From: Octopus sinensis
Lineage: Eukaryota
NCBI RefSeq assembly: GCF_006345805.1
Contig: NC_043003.1
Coordinates: forward strand, 15,438,001-15,502,000
Direction of reading: 5' to 3'
DNA: 64,000 nucleotides
In this document: positions 39,517 through 52,440 of the stretch, one piece after another
Layout: each line of letters starts with the position of its first letter
Position numbering within the stretch: the first letter of the stretch is position 1
Notes under the pieces: generated by a model
The model's database searches: none
What the model was told of the DNA's origin: nothing
What the model saw: only the letters and a program-made list of their open reading frames with translations
Made by a program: the position numbers and the translations under genes

Positions 39517-40510
39517 ATGTTTTAAATGCATTACTTTTATCCTTTGAATCACGTGTTTATATCAAACATCTCAAAATGCAGATTTAAAGTAAAAATGGCA
39601 ATAGTAATAACCCGTTCTACTCTATGCACAAGGCTTGAAATTTGGTGGAGGGGTCTAGTCGGCTACATCAACCCCAGTGCTCAACTGGTACTTATTTTAT
39701 CGATCCCGAAAGGATAAAAAGCAAATTCAACCTCGTCCGAATTTGAACTCGGAACATAAAGACGGACGCCCCAGTAAGAACGGACGAAATGCTTAGCGGC
39801 ATTTCGTCCGTTTTTACTGGGACATCTCCTTAAAGGGTCGTAGACGAAAAAATCAACCCAAATACTTTTCCTTTTCTCATGTCTAGTACTTATTCCATCT
39901 CCGTCTTTTGCCGAGCAGCTAAGTTACGAAGACGTAAACAAACCGGCATCGGTTATCAAGTAGAGTGGACGAGCAAGCACAAAGTAACACACACAAATTT
40001 CGGGGATCGATGTAATCGACTTCCCACTCCAACCAAATTTCAGGCCTTGTGCCTTTATTAGAAAGAATTATTATTATATTTGTACATCAATCAAATGAGA
40101 TGAATCTAATAATGGAAAATTAATATTTCAAATCCCGCCCCACCAAAATTTTAGGCGGTGCGTTTGCACCCACCGACCTCCCGTACCCCGTGTTACTAAG
40201 CCAATGTACACGAAGTCATTAAAAGTCGATTTATTCATAGCAGAGCAGATAAAATTTGGATAAAATGTTTAGGTTTTTTATTCATAATATTCAGTGAAAG
40301 AGAGAGAGAGAGAGAGACAGACAGAGAAAGGGAGAGAGAGAGAGAGACGGAGAGTGAGAGAGAGAAATAGAGAGACGGAAGGAGTAAGAGAGAGAGGGGT
40401 AACACTTTGCCAAACTCCGTATTATATCGTATTAAATGTTTCTGTAAATTAGAAAATTACTATTTTTAAATCTCACAACGAGAGATATTCAGCAAAGAGT
40501 ACTTTGGAGT

Positions 40511-40848
40511 GGCAGCACTCCGTCGGTTACGACGACGAGGGTTCCGGTTGATCCGAATCAACGGAACAGCCTGCTCGTGAAATTAACGTGTAAGTGGCTG
40601 AGCACTCCACAGACACGTGTACCCTTAACGTAGTTTTCGGGGATATTCAGCGTGACACAGAGAGTGACAAGGCCGGCCCTTTGAAGTACAGGTACAACAG
40701 AAACAGGAAGTAAGAGTGAGAGAAAGTTGTGGTGAAAGAGTACAGCAGGGATCACCACCATCCCCTGCCGGAGCGTCGTGGAGCTTTAGGTGTTTTCGCT
40801 CAATAAACACTCACAACGCTGCCCTAACCACTGGGCCATTGCGCCTCC
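40511..40848 (-). mobile_element. SINE family B insertion with 10-bp target-site duplication
   Basis: ACTTTGGAGT at 40501-40510 and 40849-40858. The site is empty in the paralogous blocks (~35163, ~49971). Confidence 0.85.
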
Positions 40849-41392
40849 ACTTTGGAGTAAAGATTGTTTGCCAACATAACATGGCAGATCGTGTCGTATA
40901 GCCAGCTGGAGACGATGTCTCCTGGGGCTAAATTACAGCAACATTAGTCCTAAACCAGGACTGCCATGTTATGTTGACAAACAATCTTTACTCTAAATGT
41001 TTCTGGATCTAATAATGATTTCAAATTGTGGCACAAGGACAGCAATTTCGGGGTGGGTGGGGTGGGTTAGGGTTAGGGTTAGGGTGTTAAGTAAATTACC
41101 TGTTCAATTTTTATTTATTTTATCGACTCTGAAAGTCAACCTCGGTGGAATTTGAACTCAGAACGTGAAAACGGACGAAATGCCGCTAAGCATATTGTCC
41201 GGCATTCAAACGATCCTACCAGCTCATCGCCTCCTTTTAAGGTGGTCAGCAGAGGTCACTGGTCTGAATAAAATTTTGTAGTTTAACGTTATATTCAAGA
41301 AAAACGCGAGACGAAGAAATTATGAGAAGTAAGACTTTCATAATGACAAATATTTAATATTTATGCAAATATTTAAAGATTACGGCAGCACA

Positions 41393-41464
41393 GCGTCGGT
41401 GGTGTAACGGTTAGCATGGTTGCCTTCCAAGCAGTCGATCCGGGTTCGACTCCCGGCCGACGCA
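41393..41464 (+). tRNA. tRNA-Gly(TCC): tRNA-Gly(TCC) copy 8
   Basis: Exact consensus; T4 downstream. Confidence 0.95.
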
Positions 41465-42091
41465 ATGTTTTAAATACATTAATTTTATCCTTTCAATCTT
41501 AAAAGGTAAACATGCAGATTTAAAGTGAAAATGAGAATAGTAATAACCCATTCTACTTCATGCACAAGGCTTGAAATTTGATGGAGGGGGCTAGTGGGCT
41601 ACATCAACCCCAGTGCTCAACTGGTACTTATTTTATCGATCCCGAAAGGATAAAAAGCAAATTCAACCTCGTCCGAATTTGAACTCGGAATATAAAGACA
41701 GACGAAACGAGGAGATGCCCCAGTAAAAACGGACGAAATGCTTAGCGGCGTTTCGTCCGTTTTTACTGGGACAACTCCTTGAAGGGTCGCAGACGAACAA
41801 ATCAATCCGGATACTTTTTCTTTTCTCATGTCTGGTACTTATTCTATCCCTGTCTTTTGCCGAGCAGCTAAGTTACAAAGACGTAAACAAACCGGCATCG
41901 GTTATCAAGTAGAGTGGGCGAGCAAGCACAAAGAAACACACACGCATGCGCGAGCATCGTGTTATATGTTTCTGATCTAAATAAAGTAATGTAATTTTGT
42001 AATTTGAAATGACATCAAAGAAAAAGAGGGAAGAAGAAATCAATTTGAATATTGTGTATTTATTCAAATATTTAGCACTCGTAACTGTATG

Positions 42092-42162
42092 GCGTCGGTG
42101 GTGTAACGGTCAGCATGGTTGCCTTCCAGGCAGTCGATCCGGGTTCGACTCCGGCCGACGCA
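42092..42162 (+). pseudogene. tRNA-Gly(TCC): tRNA-Gly(TCC) copy 9, likely impaired
   Basis: T20C, A38G and a 1-nt deletion in the T-stem 3' strand. Confidence 0.75.
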
Positions 42163-42520
42163 ATCTTTATAAATTTTATCGGATGAATCTCAGGTTTTTC
42201 TAATATATATTTCTTATTTTGGTGCAGTCATTGGATTGCAGCCATAGTGGAGTATCGATTTTGGTGGGTTGTAATCGAAAAAAATCAACATAGTACTTAT
42301 TTTGTAAAGTCAGGCGCTTGGTCTATCCATCTTCTTTGTTTAACTGCTAAGTTACTTCGACTCAAACAAACCGATAGTGTTATCAAGCGGGGTTGGGACA
42401 GACATACACACTACTACTATTACAATAGAAGACATTTGCCCAAGGTGCCATGCAGTGAGACTGAAACCGAAATTATATGATTTAGAAGCGATCCTCTTAC
42501 CACACGGCAGTACATACGCC

Positions 42521-42947
42521 GGATCCTTTCGGTTTGAACGGCAGTTTTTTTCTAGCGGTGTCATATGAAATTGTCACCCATAATTATGACCCTAGTATCG
42601 ATCTATTGCATTTCAATCTGTTTTAGGGTTAGGGTTAGTTAGGGTTAGGGGTGGGGGGAAGGGTATCTTTTTTTCTTCACAAATGTAAATAAACCCAATC
42701 TGTTTCTTAAACGAGGGACATATTCATACGGCACAGAATGTTTTCACCTCAATAGACGGTCATTGATTGGTTGAAATTGCCGAAATGCAAGAAATTAGAG
42801 ACCAATTATCTTACAAACCATAGAATTTTCTCAATAAACCAAGAGAAAAAGATGTTTTATAAACACATTCTACCAGTATACGAAGTTTAAAATATTTTAG
42901 TTACCTAGAAAATATGTTAAAAACTGCCGTTCAAACCGAGAATATCC
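42521..42947. mobile_element. MITE-like element, copy 2
   Basis: Left TIR GGATCCTTTCGGTTTGAACGGCAG; right TIR degenerate. Confidence 0.75.
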
Positions 42948-43858
42948 CAATGTATATATTTACTATAAACTTGTGCACACGCTTTGATTCTTCAGTTTGG
43001 CACATGCCTTGAACCGGTTATTTGGCTTGTATGCACCCACATACACACACGTACCCATCCATACGCATACTCGCACATAAGCAGGGCCCCTCTGCGTTTT
43101 CGCTCGTGAATGTGCTATGAATAACACCCAAATCCCCTTAAAACCATATACTACTGGGTTAAAGGAAGGGTACATTGGCTAATATAATCATAGATGCTAT
43201 ATCTGAAAAAAAAGGGGGGGGGCGCAAAAATACAGGTTGGTCATAGTTGGAACCCTTTGATCCTCAACCGGGTTTTTTAGGATGACCTGAGTTAAATAGC
43301 AATAACAATATATTTGTAATATTGATTATAGACACAAAGCATATATTTTGGGGTGAGTGGAGGGTATAATCATTTATATCGATCTCCAATACTTGATCGA
43401 TGTATTTTCTCGACCGTGGAAGAACAGACGGCTTGTTTTGAATTCCGGTGAGGGTTGAAACCCGAACGTATAGGACCGTATCCCTAAACATTCTAACAGT
43501 CCTTTACCAAGCCCTTGTCAGCATGTAATATCCTTTCTCCGCTACATTTCTTCCTTAAAGGGTCGTAGACGAACAAATCAATTTTCTTTTCTCATGTCTG
43601 GTACTTATTCTATCCCTGTCTTTTGCCGAACAGCTAAGTTACGAAGAGGTAAACAAACCGACATCGGTTATCAAGTAGAGTAGGGGAGCATGCACAAATA
43701 AACACACACGCATGCGCGAGCATCGTGTCAGATGTTTCTGTTCTTAGTAAAGTAATGTAATTTAGTAATTTGAAATGACATCAAAGAAAAAGAGGGAAGA
43801 AGAAATCAATGTTGAATATTGCATATTTATACAAATATTTAGTACTCATAACTGTATG

Positions 43859-43930
43859 GCGTCGGTGGTGTAACGGTTAGCATGGTTGCCTTCCAAGCAG
43901 TCGATCCGGGTTCGACTCCCGGCCGACGCA
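43859..43930 (+). tRNA. tRNA-Gly(TCC): tRNA-Gly(TCC) copy 10
   Basis: Exact consensus; T5 downstream. Confidence 0.95.
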
Positions 43931-44466
43931 ATATTGATAATTTTTATCGGATGAATCTCTGGTTTTTCTACTATATATATATATCTTATTTTGGTGCAAT
44001 CATTGGATTGCAGCCATACTGGAGTATCGATTTTGGTGGGTTGTAATAAAAAAAATCAACATAGTACTTATTTTGTAAAGTCTGGCTCTTGGTCTATCAA
44101 TCTCCTTTGTTTAACTGCTAAGTTACTTCGACTCAAACAAACCGATAGTGTTATCAAGCGGGGTTGGGACAGACATACACACTACTACTATTACAATAGA
44201 AGACATTTGCCCAAGGTGCCATGCAGTGGGACTGAAACCGAAAATATGTGATTTAGAAGCGACCCTCTTACCACATGGCAGTACCTGCGCCTATAAGTAA
44301 ATATACATTTTTAAAAATCATGCGTGTATATTTCAGTCCTGTATATTAATTGTAATTTGTGATAATATTTAAGAAAATGGAAACCAAAGAAATCTTGAAA
44401 AGCAAAATCTTTCACCAATGTTGGAGATTTAGTATTTATCAAGATATTTCATGATATGTACGTGAG

Positions 44467-44538
44467 GCGTCGGTGGTGTAACGGTTAGCATGGTTGCCTT
44501 CCAAGCAGTCGATCCGGGTTCGACTCCCGGCCGACGCA
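44467..44538 (+). tRNA. tRNA-Gly(TCC): tRNA-Gly(TCC) copy 11
   Basis: Exact consensus; T5 downstream. Confidence 0.95.
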
Positions 44539-45044
44539 GTTGTATTTTTAGCCTTTGAATCTAGTTTTTCTACTATATATCTTTTATTTTGGTGCAGTCA
44601 TTGGATTGCAGCCAGAGTGGAGAATTGATTTTGAAAGTTTCTAATCGAACAAATCGGCCATAGTACATATTTTGTAAAGTCTCGCGCCTGGTCTTTCAGT
44701 CTTCCTTGCATAACAAGCCGATAGCGGTTATCAAGCGGTGGTGGGCCAGACTCATACACACACACACACACAAGCTCCTATAATAGTTTAGCACAGATGG
44801 TTCAGCGGTAGTAGCGATCGCATTCCTTCCGTAAACAACACGATTGGGTAACCTCCCTTGGCAACCATTCCTGTAGGTGGCGTCTTTTCAGCCGTTAGCG
44901 GAATCACTTGGCGACTGACACGCAACATCTCTAGACGCGTGTGTGACTCTCAGCGATATTTGCCCAAGGTGCCACGCAGTGGGACTGAAACCGAAATTAT
45001 ATGATTTAGAAGCGACCCTCTTACCACACGGCAGTACATACGCC

Positions 45045-45470
45045 GGATCTTTTCGGTTTGAACGGCAGTTTTTTTCTAGCGGTGTTATATGAAATTGTCA
45101 CCCATAATTATGACCCTAGTATCGATCTATTGCATTTCAATGTTTTAGGGTTAGGGTTAGTTAGGGTTAGGGGTGGAGGAAAGGGTATCTTTTTTTCTTC
45201 ACAAATGTAAATAAACCCAATCTGTTTCTTAAACGAGGGGCATATTCATACGACACAGAATGTTTTCACCTCAATAGACGGTCATTGATTGGTTGAAATT
45301 GCCGAAATACAAGAAATTAGAGACCAAATATCTTACAAACTATAGAATTTTCTCAATAAAGCCAAGAGAAAAAGATGTTTTATAAATACATTCTACCAAT
45401 GTACGAAGTTTAAAATGTTTTAGCTACCTAGAAATTATGTTAAAAACTGCCGTTCAAACCGAAAGGATCC
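45045..45470. mobile_element. MITE-like element, copy 3
   Basis: Both TIRs present. Confidence 0.8.
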
Positions 45471-45618
45471 CATGCGTGTATATTTCAATCGTGCATATGC
45501 ATTGTAATTTGTGATAATATCTAAGAAAACGGGAAACGAAGAAAACTTGAAGAGCAAGACGTTCATCAATGTCGAAGATTTAAGATTTCATCAGATATTT
45601 CGGGTAGAGCCGCGTGGA

Positions 45619-45690
45619 GCGTCGGTGGTGTAACGGTTAGCATGGTTGCCTTCCAAGCAGTCGATCCGGGTTCGACTCCTGGCCGACGCA
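45619..45690 (+). tRNA. tRNA-Gly(TCC): tRNA-Gly(TCC) copy 12
   Basis: Only C62T (G-U wobble in the T-stem). Confidence 0.88.
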
Positions 45691-46474
45691 ATGTTAGATA
45701 TTTTATCCGTTGCATCTAGGATTTTTCTACTATGGCTTCTTTTGGATTAACAGAGTGACTGACACACGTTGATGACAGTAATGTTATACTTTATATAACT
45801 AAATAAATTTTAATTTATAATTAAAAGCAAAGAAATAGTGAAAATAATTTTCTTTCCACTCTCTATTAGAAAATATAATCATGGAAATATATGTACGAGT
45901 ATAAAAATAAATACAAGGTGGATATAACGCTCTGTTTATAAATGCACATACTGACGACTTAAAAGACATAGGTACACTAAATATATGTATACGTGTAGAA
46001 AGTACAACATACAAAAGATGCGTCGGCCATATTGGAGTATCGATTTTGAAAGGTTTTAATCGGATATAGTACTTATTTTGTAAAGTCTGGCGCTTGGTCT
46101 ATCCATCTTCTTTGTTTAACTGCTAAGTTACTTCGATTCAATGTTGATAGTGTTATCAAGCGGGGTGCGACAGACGCACACACACACTGCTACTACTATT
46201 ATAATAGAAGACATTTGCCCAAGGTGCCACTCGGTGGGACTGAAACCGAAACAATGTGATTTAGAAGCGATTCTCTTACCACACGGCGATACCTGCGCCT
46301 ATACGTAAATATACATTTTTAAAAATCATGCGTGTATATTTCAGTCCTGTATATTTATTGTAATTTGTGATAATATTTAAGAAAACGGGAAACGAAGAAA
46401 TCTTGAGAAGCAAAACTTTCACCAATGTTGGAGATTTAGTATTTACTCAGATATATCGAATGCATCTATGTGCA

Positions 46475-46538
46475 GCGTCGGTGGTGTAACGGTTAGCATG
46501 GTTGTTTTCCAAGCAGTCGATCCGCGTTCGACTCCCGG
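46475..46538 (+). pseudogene. tRNA-Gly(TCC): tRNA-Gly(TCC) copy 13, 3'-truncated
   Basis: Ends after CCCGG with no 3' acceptor strand; also C31T, C32T, G51C. Confidence 0.85.
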
Positions 46539-46559
46539 TGAATCTTGTTTTTCTACAAC

Positions 46560-46845
46560 ATGTTGTCAAGAAAGTTCTTGTGGAATTTTAGTTTTAAATG
46601 ATGTATTTTCAAATTAATTTTCGTTAAATTACTTTGACTTTATACACCATTTTAAAGCCCGTTTTTCGCTCTATCTAATCGTGTTACTCTTTCTTTTTGA
46701 ATAATTAGGCCAGTCTCATCCATCACAGCTTTTTGGATCCAGGCGAAACCATTACGGCAGAAAGGCACTGTCAGCAAATGAATGAAATGCATAAGAAACC
46801 CCGACAACAGCCAGCATTGGTCAATAGAAAAGGACCAATCCTTCT
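46560..46845 (+). mobile_element. Internally deleted mariner relic
   Basis: Degenerate TIR/5' UTR joined to LIHHSFLDPGETITAERHCQQMNEMHKK...LVNRKGPILL (cf. Hsmar1 LIHYSFLNPGETITSEKYAQQIDEMHRK...LVNRKGPILL). Confidence 0.75.
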
Positions 46846-47042
46846 ATCACACGGCAGTACCTGCGCCCATTCGTCAAATATGCATCTTTTAAACCATGCG
46901 TGTATATTTCAATCCTGTATATGCGTTTTAATTTGTGATAATATTTATGAAAACAAGAAACGAAGAAAACTTGAAGAGCAAGACTTTCACCAATGTCGAA
47001 AATTTAGTATTTAAAGAGATATTTCGGGCAAACATTTGTGCA

Positions 47043-47114
47043 GCGTCGGTGGTGTAACGGTTAGCATGGTTCCCTTCCAAGCAGTCGATCCGGGTTCGAC
47101 TCCCGGCCGACGCA
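47043..47114 (+). pseudogene. tRNA-Gly(TCC): tRNA-Gly(TCC) copy 14, anticodon-stem mismatch
   Basis: G30C creates a C-C mismatch; otherwise consensus. Function uncertain. Confidence 0.6.
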
Positions 47115-47647
47115 ATGTTAAATGTTTTATCTGTTGCATCTAGGATTTTTCTACTATATCTTATTTTGGTGCTGTCATTATATTACAGCCATATTGGAGT
47201 ATCGATTTTGAAAGGTTTTTATCGGACATAGTACTTATTTTGTAAAGTCTGGCCCTTGGTCTATCAATCTTCTTTGTCTAACTGCTAAGTTACTTCAACT
47301 CAAACGAACCTATAGTGTTATCAAGCGGTGGTGTGCCAGACGCACACACACACACACACTGCTACTACTATTATCATAGGAGACATTCGACCAAGGCGCC
47401 ACGCAGTGGGACCGAAACCGAAATTATGTGATTTAGAACCGACCCTCTCACCACACGGCAGTACATGCGCGTATACATCAAATATGCATTTTTTAAAATC
47501 ATGCGTGTATATTTCAGTCCTGTATATTTATTGTAATTTGTGATAATATTTAAGAAAACGGGATTCGAAGAAATCTTGAAGAGCAAAACTTTCACCAATG
47601 TCAAAGATTTTGTTTTTAAAAAGATATTTCGGGATTATGTATGTGCA

Positions 47648-47719
47648 GCGTCGGTGGTGTAACGGTCAGCATGGTTGCCTTCCAAGCAGTCGATCCGGGT
47701 TCGACTCCCGGCCGACGCA
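47648..47719 (+). tRNA. tRNA-Gly(TCC): tRNA-Gly(TCC) copy 15
   Basis: Only T20C in the D-loop. Confidence 0.92.
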
Positions 47720-47760
47720 GTTGTATTTTTATCCTTTGAATCTAGTTTTTCTACTATATA

Positions 47761-48062
47761 TTAGGTCGTCCAGAAAGTTCTTGCTGAATTTTAAATTTTA
47801 GTTTTAAATGATGTATTTTCAAATTAATTTTCGTTAAATTACTTTGACTTTATATATCATTCATTTTAAAGCCCGTTTTTCGCTTTATCTAATCGTGTTA
47901 CTCTTTCTTTTTGAATAATTAGGCCAGTCTCATCCATCACAGCTTTTTGGATCCAGGCGAAACCATTACGGCAGAAAGGCACTGTCAGCAAATGGATGGA
48001 ATGCATAAGAAACTCCGACAACAACAGCCAGCATTGGTCATTAGAAAAGGACCAATGCTTCT
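47761..48062 (+). mobile_element. Internally deleted mariner relic
   Basis: TA|TTAGGTCGTCCAGAAAGTT TIR-like start, then the same transposase fragment (ORF 47947). Confidence 0.8.
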
Positions 48063-48253
48063 ACCACACGGCAGTACATGCGCCCATTCGTCAAATATGC
48101 ATCTTTTAAATCATGCGTGTGTATTTCAGTCCTGTATATGCATTGTAATTTGTGATAATATTTATGAAAATGAGAAACGAAGAAATCTTGAAAAGCAATC
48201 ACCAATGTCGAAGATTTAGTCTTTAATCAGATATTGCGCGCGTGACTATTGCG

Positions 48254-48325
48254 GCGTCGGTGGTGTAACGGTTAGCATGGTTGCCTTCCAAGCAGTTGAT
48301 CCGGGTTCGACTCACGGCTGACGCA
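48254..48325 (+). pseudogene. tRNA-Gly(TCC): tRNA-Gly(TCC) copy 16, likely impaired
   Basis: C44T, C61A (T-stem mismatch), C66T. Confidence 0.65.
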
Positions 48326-49731
48326 ATAGTGGTAATTTTTATCGGATGAATCCCGGGATTTTCTACTATATATATTATATCTTCTGTATTTTGTACTTTC
48401 TACGCGTATACATATGTTTAGTGTACCTATGTCTTTTAAATCGTCAGTATGTGCATTTATAAACAGAGCGTTATATCTTCCTTGTATTTACTTTTATACT
48501 CGTACATATATTTCCATGATTATATTTTATGATAGAGATGGAAAGAAAATTCACTAATTCTTCGCTTTTAAATATAACTTAAAATCTATTTAGTTATATA
48601 AAGTATAACAGTACTGTCATCAACGTGTGTCAGTCACACTATTAAACCAAGAGATTGCAAGAAATAGCAATCCATGAGCTGATAGACGTTGCATCTGAGA
48701 GACGAGCAGTTTCAGAAAGAGAGTCATAAGCAAGCTTAAATGATACTGAGGTTGATAACACTGATTTCACCAAATTTGTCAAAGGCAAGAGACCACTGAT
48801 GGGTGATAGATAAAAAGAGGGTCCATGTTGATTTGTTTTAATGAAAACTGTACTGGTAAAGGAGAGAGAAAAGTTCAAGGTGTTGCAGCACGTTATTATT
48901 AATGGTTGTGTTTAAGGCAGCCAGATGGCAGAATCGTTAGCACGCCGGGCAAAATGTTTAGCGGTATTTCGTCTGCTGTTACGTTCTGAGTTCAAATTCC
49001 GCCGAGGTCGACTTTGCCTTTCATCATTTCGGGGTCGATTAATTAAGTACCAGTTATGCACTGGAGTCGATGTAATCGACTTAATACCTTTGTCTGTCTT
49101 TGTTTGTCCCCTCTGTGTTTAGCCCCTTGTGGGCAATAAAGAAATAAGAAACGGGGAAAATGCTTAGCGATATTTCGTTTGTCTTTACGTTCTTAGTTCA
49201 AATTCTGTCGAGGTTGACTTTGCCTTTCATACTTTCGGGGTCTATAAATTAAGTTCCAGTTGCATACAGGAGTTGATATATTCGACTGGCCCCCTACCCC
49301 ACACAAAAACGATTTTCGGGCCTTGTGTCTAAAGTAGAAATGAATCGTTAGCACGGCAGGCAAAATGCTCCTCGGCATTTCGCTCGTTTTTAGTTCTGAG
49401 TTCAAATTCCACCGAGGTGGTCGACAAATTAAATTTCGGGGATCGATGTAATCGACTTCCCACTCCAACCAAATTTCAGGCCTTGTGCCTTTATTAGAAA
49501 GAATTATTATTATATTTGTACATCAATCAAATGAGATGAATCTAATAATGGAAAAGTAATATTTCAAATCCCACCCCACCAAAGTTTTAGGCGGTGCGTT
49601 TGCACCCGCCGACCTCCCGTACCCCGTGTTACTAAGCCAATGTACACGAAGTCATTAAAAGTCGATTTATTCATAGCAGAGCAGATAAAATTTGGATAAA
49701 ATGTTTAGGTTTTTTATTCATAATATTCAGT

Positions 49732-49795
<64 letters not shown>

Positions 49796-50511
49796 GAAAG
49801 GGAGAGAGAGAGAGAGACGGAGAGTGAGAGAGAAAGAAAGAGAGAGACGGAAGGAGTGAGAGAGAGAGAGGTAACACTTTGCCAAACTCCGTATTATATC
49901 GTATTAAATGTTTCTGTAACTTAGAAAATTACTAATTTTAAATCTCCCAACGAGAGATATTCAGCAACAGTACTTTGGAGTAAAGATTGTTTGCCAACGT
50001 AACATGGCAGATCGTGTCGTATAGCTACCCGGAGACGATGTCTCCTGGGGCTAAATTACAGCAACATTCGTCCTAAACCAGGACTGCCATGTTATGTTGA
50101 CAAACAATCTTTACTCTAAATGTTTCTGGATCTAATAATGATTTCAAATTGTGGCACAAGGACAGCAATTTCGGGGTGGGTGGGGTGGGTTAGTGTTAGT
50201 GTTAGGGTGTTAAGTAAATTACCTGTTCAATTTTTATTTATTTTATCGACTCTGAAAGTCAACCTCGGTGGAATTTGAACTCAGAACGTGAAAACGGACG
50301 AAATGCCGCTAAGCATTTTGCCCGGTATTCAAACGATTCTACCAGCTCATCGCCCCCTTTTAAAGTGGTCAGCAGACGTCACTGGTCTGAATAAAATTTT
50401 GTAGTTTAACATTATATTCAAGAAAATGCGAGACGAAGATATGAGAAGTAAGACTTTCACAATGACAAATATTTAGTATTTATGCAAATATTTAAAGATA
50501 ACGGCAGCAGA

Positions 50512-50583
50512 GCGTCGGTGGTGTAACGGTTAGCATGGTTGCCTTCCAAGCAGTCGACCCTGGTTCGACTCCCGGCCGATGCA
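50512..50583 (+). tRNA. tRNA-Gly(TCC): tRNA-Gly(TCC) copy 17, variant with G3:U70 (Sprinzl) pair and a T-stem mismatch
   Basis: T47C, G50T, C69T (3' end CCGATGCA). Function uncertain. Confidence 0.6.
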
Positions 50584-51210
50584 ATGTTTTAAATATATTA
50601 ATTTTATCCTTTCAATCTCAAAAGGTAAACATGCAGATTTAAACTAAAAATGACAATAATAATAACCCATTCTATTTTATGCATAAGGCTTGAAATTTGG
50701 TGGAGGGGGCTAGTGGGCTACATCAACCCCAGTGCTCAACTGGTACTTATTTTATCGATCCCGAAAGGATAAAAAGCAAATTCAACCTCGTCCGAATTTG
50801 AACTCGGAACATAAAGACGGACGAAATGAGGAGATACCCCAGTAAAAACGGACGAAATGCTGAGCGGCATTTCGTCCGTTTTTACTGGTACATCTCCTTA
50901 AAGGGTCGTTGACGAACAAATCAACCCGGATACTTTTTCTTTTCTCATGTCTGGTACTTATTCTATCCCCGTCTTTTGCCGAACAGCTAAGTTACGAAGA
51001 GGTAAACAAACCGTCATCGTTTATCAAGTAGAGTGGGCGAGCAAGCACAAAGAAATACATACGCATGCGCGAGCATCGTGTTAGATGTTTCTGTTCTAAA
51101 CAAAGTAATGCAATTTTGTAATTTGAAATGACATCAAACAAAAAGAGGGATGAAGAAATCAATGTTGAATATTCGTATTTATTCAAATATTTAGCACACG
51201 TAAGTGTATG

Positions 51211-51282
51211 GCGTCGGTGGTGTAACGGTTAGCATGGTTGCCTTCCAAGCAGTCGATCCGGGTTCGACTCCCGGCCGACGCA
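51211..51282 (+). tRNA. tRNA-Gly(TCC): tRNA-Gly(TCC) copy 18
   Basis: Exact consensus; T5 downstream. Confidence 0.95.
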
Positions 51283-51809
51283 ATATTAATAATTTTTATC
51301 GGATGAATCTGGGGTTTTTCTAATATATATTTCTTATTTTGGTGCAGTCATTGGATTGCAGCCATAGTATCGATTTTGGTGGGTTGTAATCGAACAAGTC
51401 AACATAGTACTTATTTTGTAAAGTCTGGCGCTTGGTCTATCAATCTTCTTTGTTTAACTGCCAAGTTACTTCGACTCATACAAACCGATAGTGTTATCAA
51501 GCGGAGTTGGGACAGACATACACACTACTACTATTACAATAGAAAACATTTGCCCAAGGTGCCATGCAGTGGGACTGAAACCGAAATTATGTGATTTAGA
51601 AGCGACCGTCTAATCACACGGCAGTACCTGCGCCTATACGTAAATATACATTTTTAAAAATCATGCGTGTATATTTCAGTCCTGTATATTAATTGTAATT
51701 TGTGATAATATTTAAGAAAATGGAAACCAAAGAAATCTTGAAAGCAAAATCTTTCACCAATGTTGGAGATTTAGTATTTAATCAGATATATCGAATACAT
51801 CTATGTGCA

Positions 51810-51881
51810 TCGTCGGTGGTGTAACGGTTAGCATGGTTGCCTTCCAAGCAGTCGATCCAGGTTCGACTCTCGGGCGACGCA
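51810..51881 (+). pseudogene. tRNA-Gly(TCC): tRNA-Gly(TCC) copy 19, degenerate
   Basis: G1T, G50A, C61T, C65G. Confidence 0.8.
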
Positions 51882-52368
51882 ATGTCAAACTTTTTATCGT
51901 TGCATCAGGGATTTTTTTATATATATTTCTTATTTTGGTGCTGTCATTGGATTACAGCCATATTGGAGCATCGATTTTGATGGGTCTTAATCGGATATTT
52001 TGTAAATGTTTAATTGCTAAGTTACTTCGACTCAAACAAACGGATAATGTTATGAAGCGGGGTTGGGTCAGACGCGCACACACACTGCTACTACTATTGT
52101 AATAGAAGACATTTGCCCAAGATGCCACGCAGTGGGACTGAAACCGAAACTAGGTGCTTTGGAAGCGACCCTATCACAACACTGAAGTACCTGCGTCCAT
52201 TCGTCAAATATGCATCTTTTAAATCACGCGTGTATATTTCAGTCCTCTATATAGATTGTAATTTGTGATAATATTTGGAAAATGGAAACTAAAGAAATCT
52301 TGAAGAGCAAAACTTTCACCAATGTTGATTTAATATTTAATCAGATATTTCGCGGTTGTGTACGTACA

Positions 52369-52440
52369 GCGTTGGTGGTGTAACGGTTAGCATGGTTGCC
52401 TTCCAAGCTGTCGATCCGCGTTCGACTCCCGGCCGACGCA
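52369..52440 (+). pseudogene. tRNA-Gly(TCC): tRNA-Gly(TCC) copy 20, likely impaired
   Basis: C5T, A41T (anticodon-stem mismatch), G51C (T-stem mismatch). Confidence 0.7.

Noticed and set aside
48653-48900. Protein-like stretch RLQEIAIHELIDVASERRAVSERES (duplicated at ~56343-56590)
   Set aside because: Multiple stops and no family assignable without a search.
37066-52102. Recurring ORFs MVAFQAVDP.STPGRR and MPSKQSIRVR
   Set aside because: Translations across the tRNA-Gly genes.
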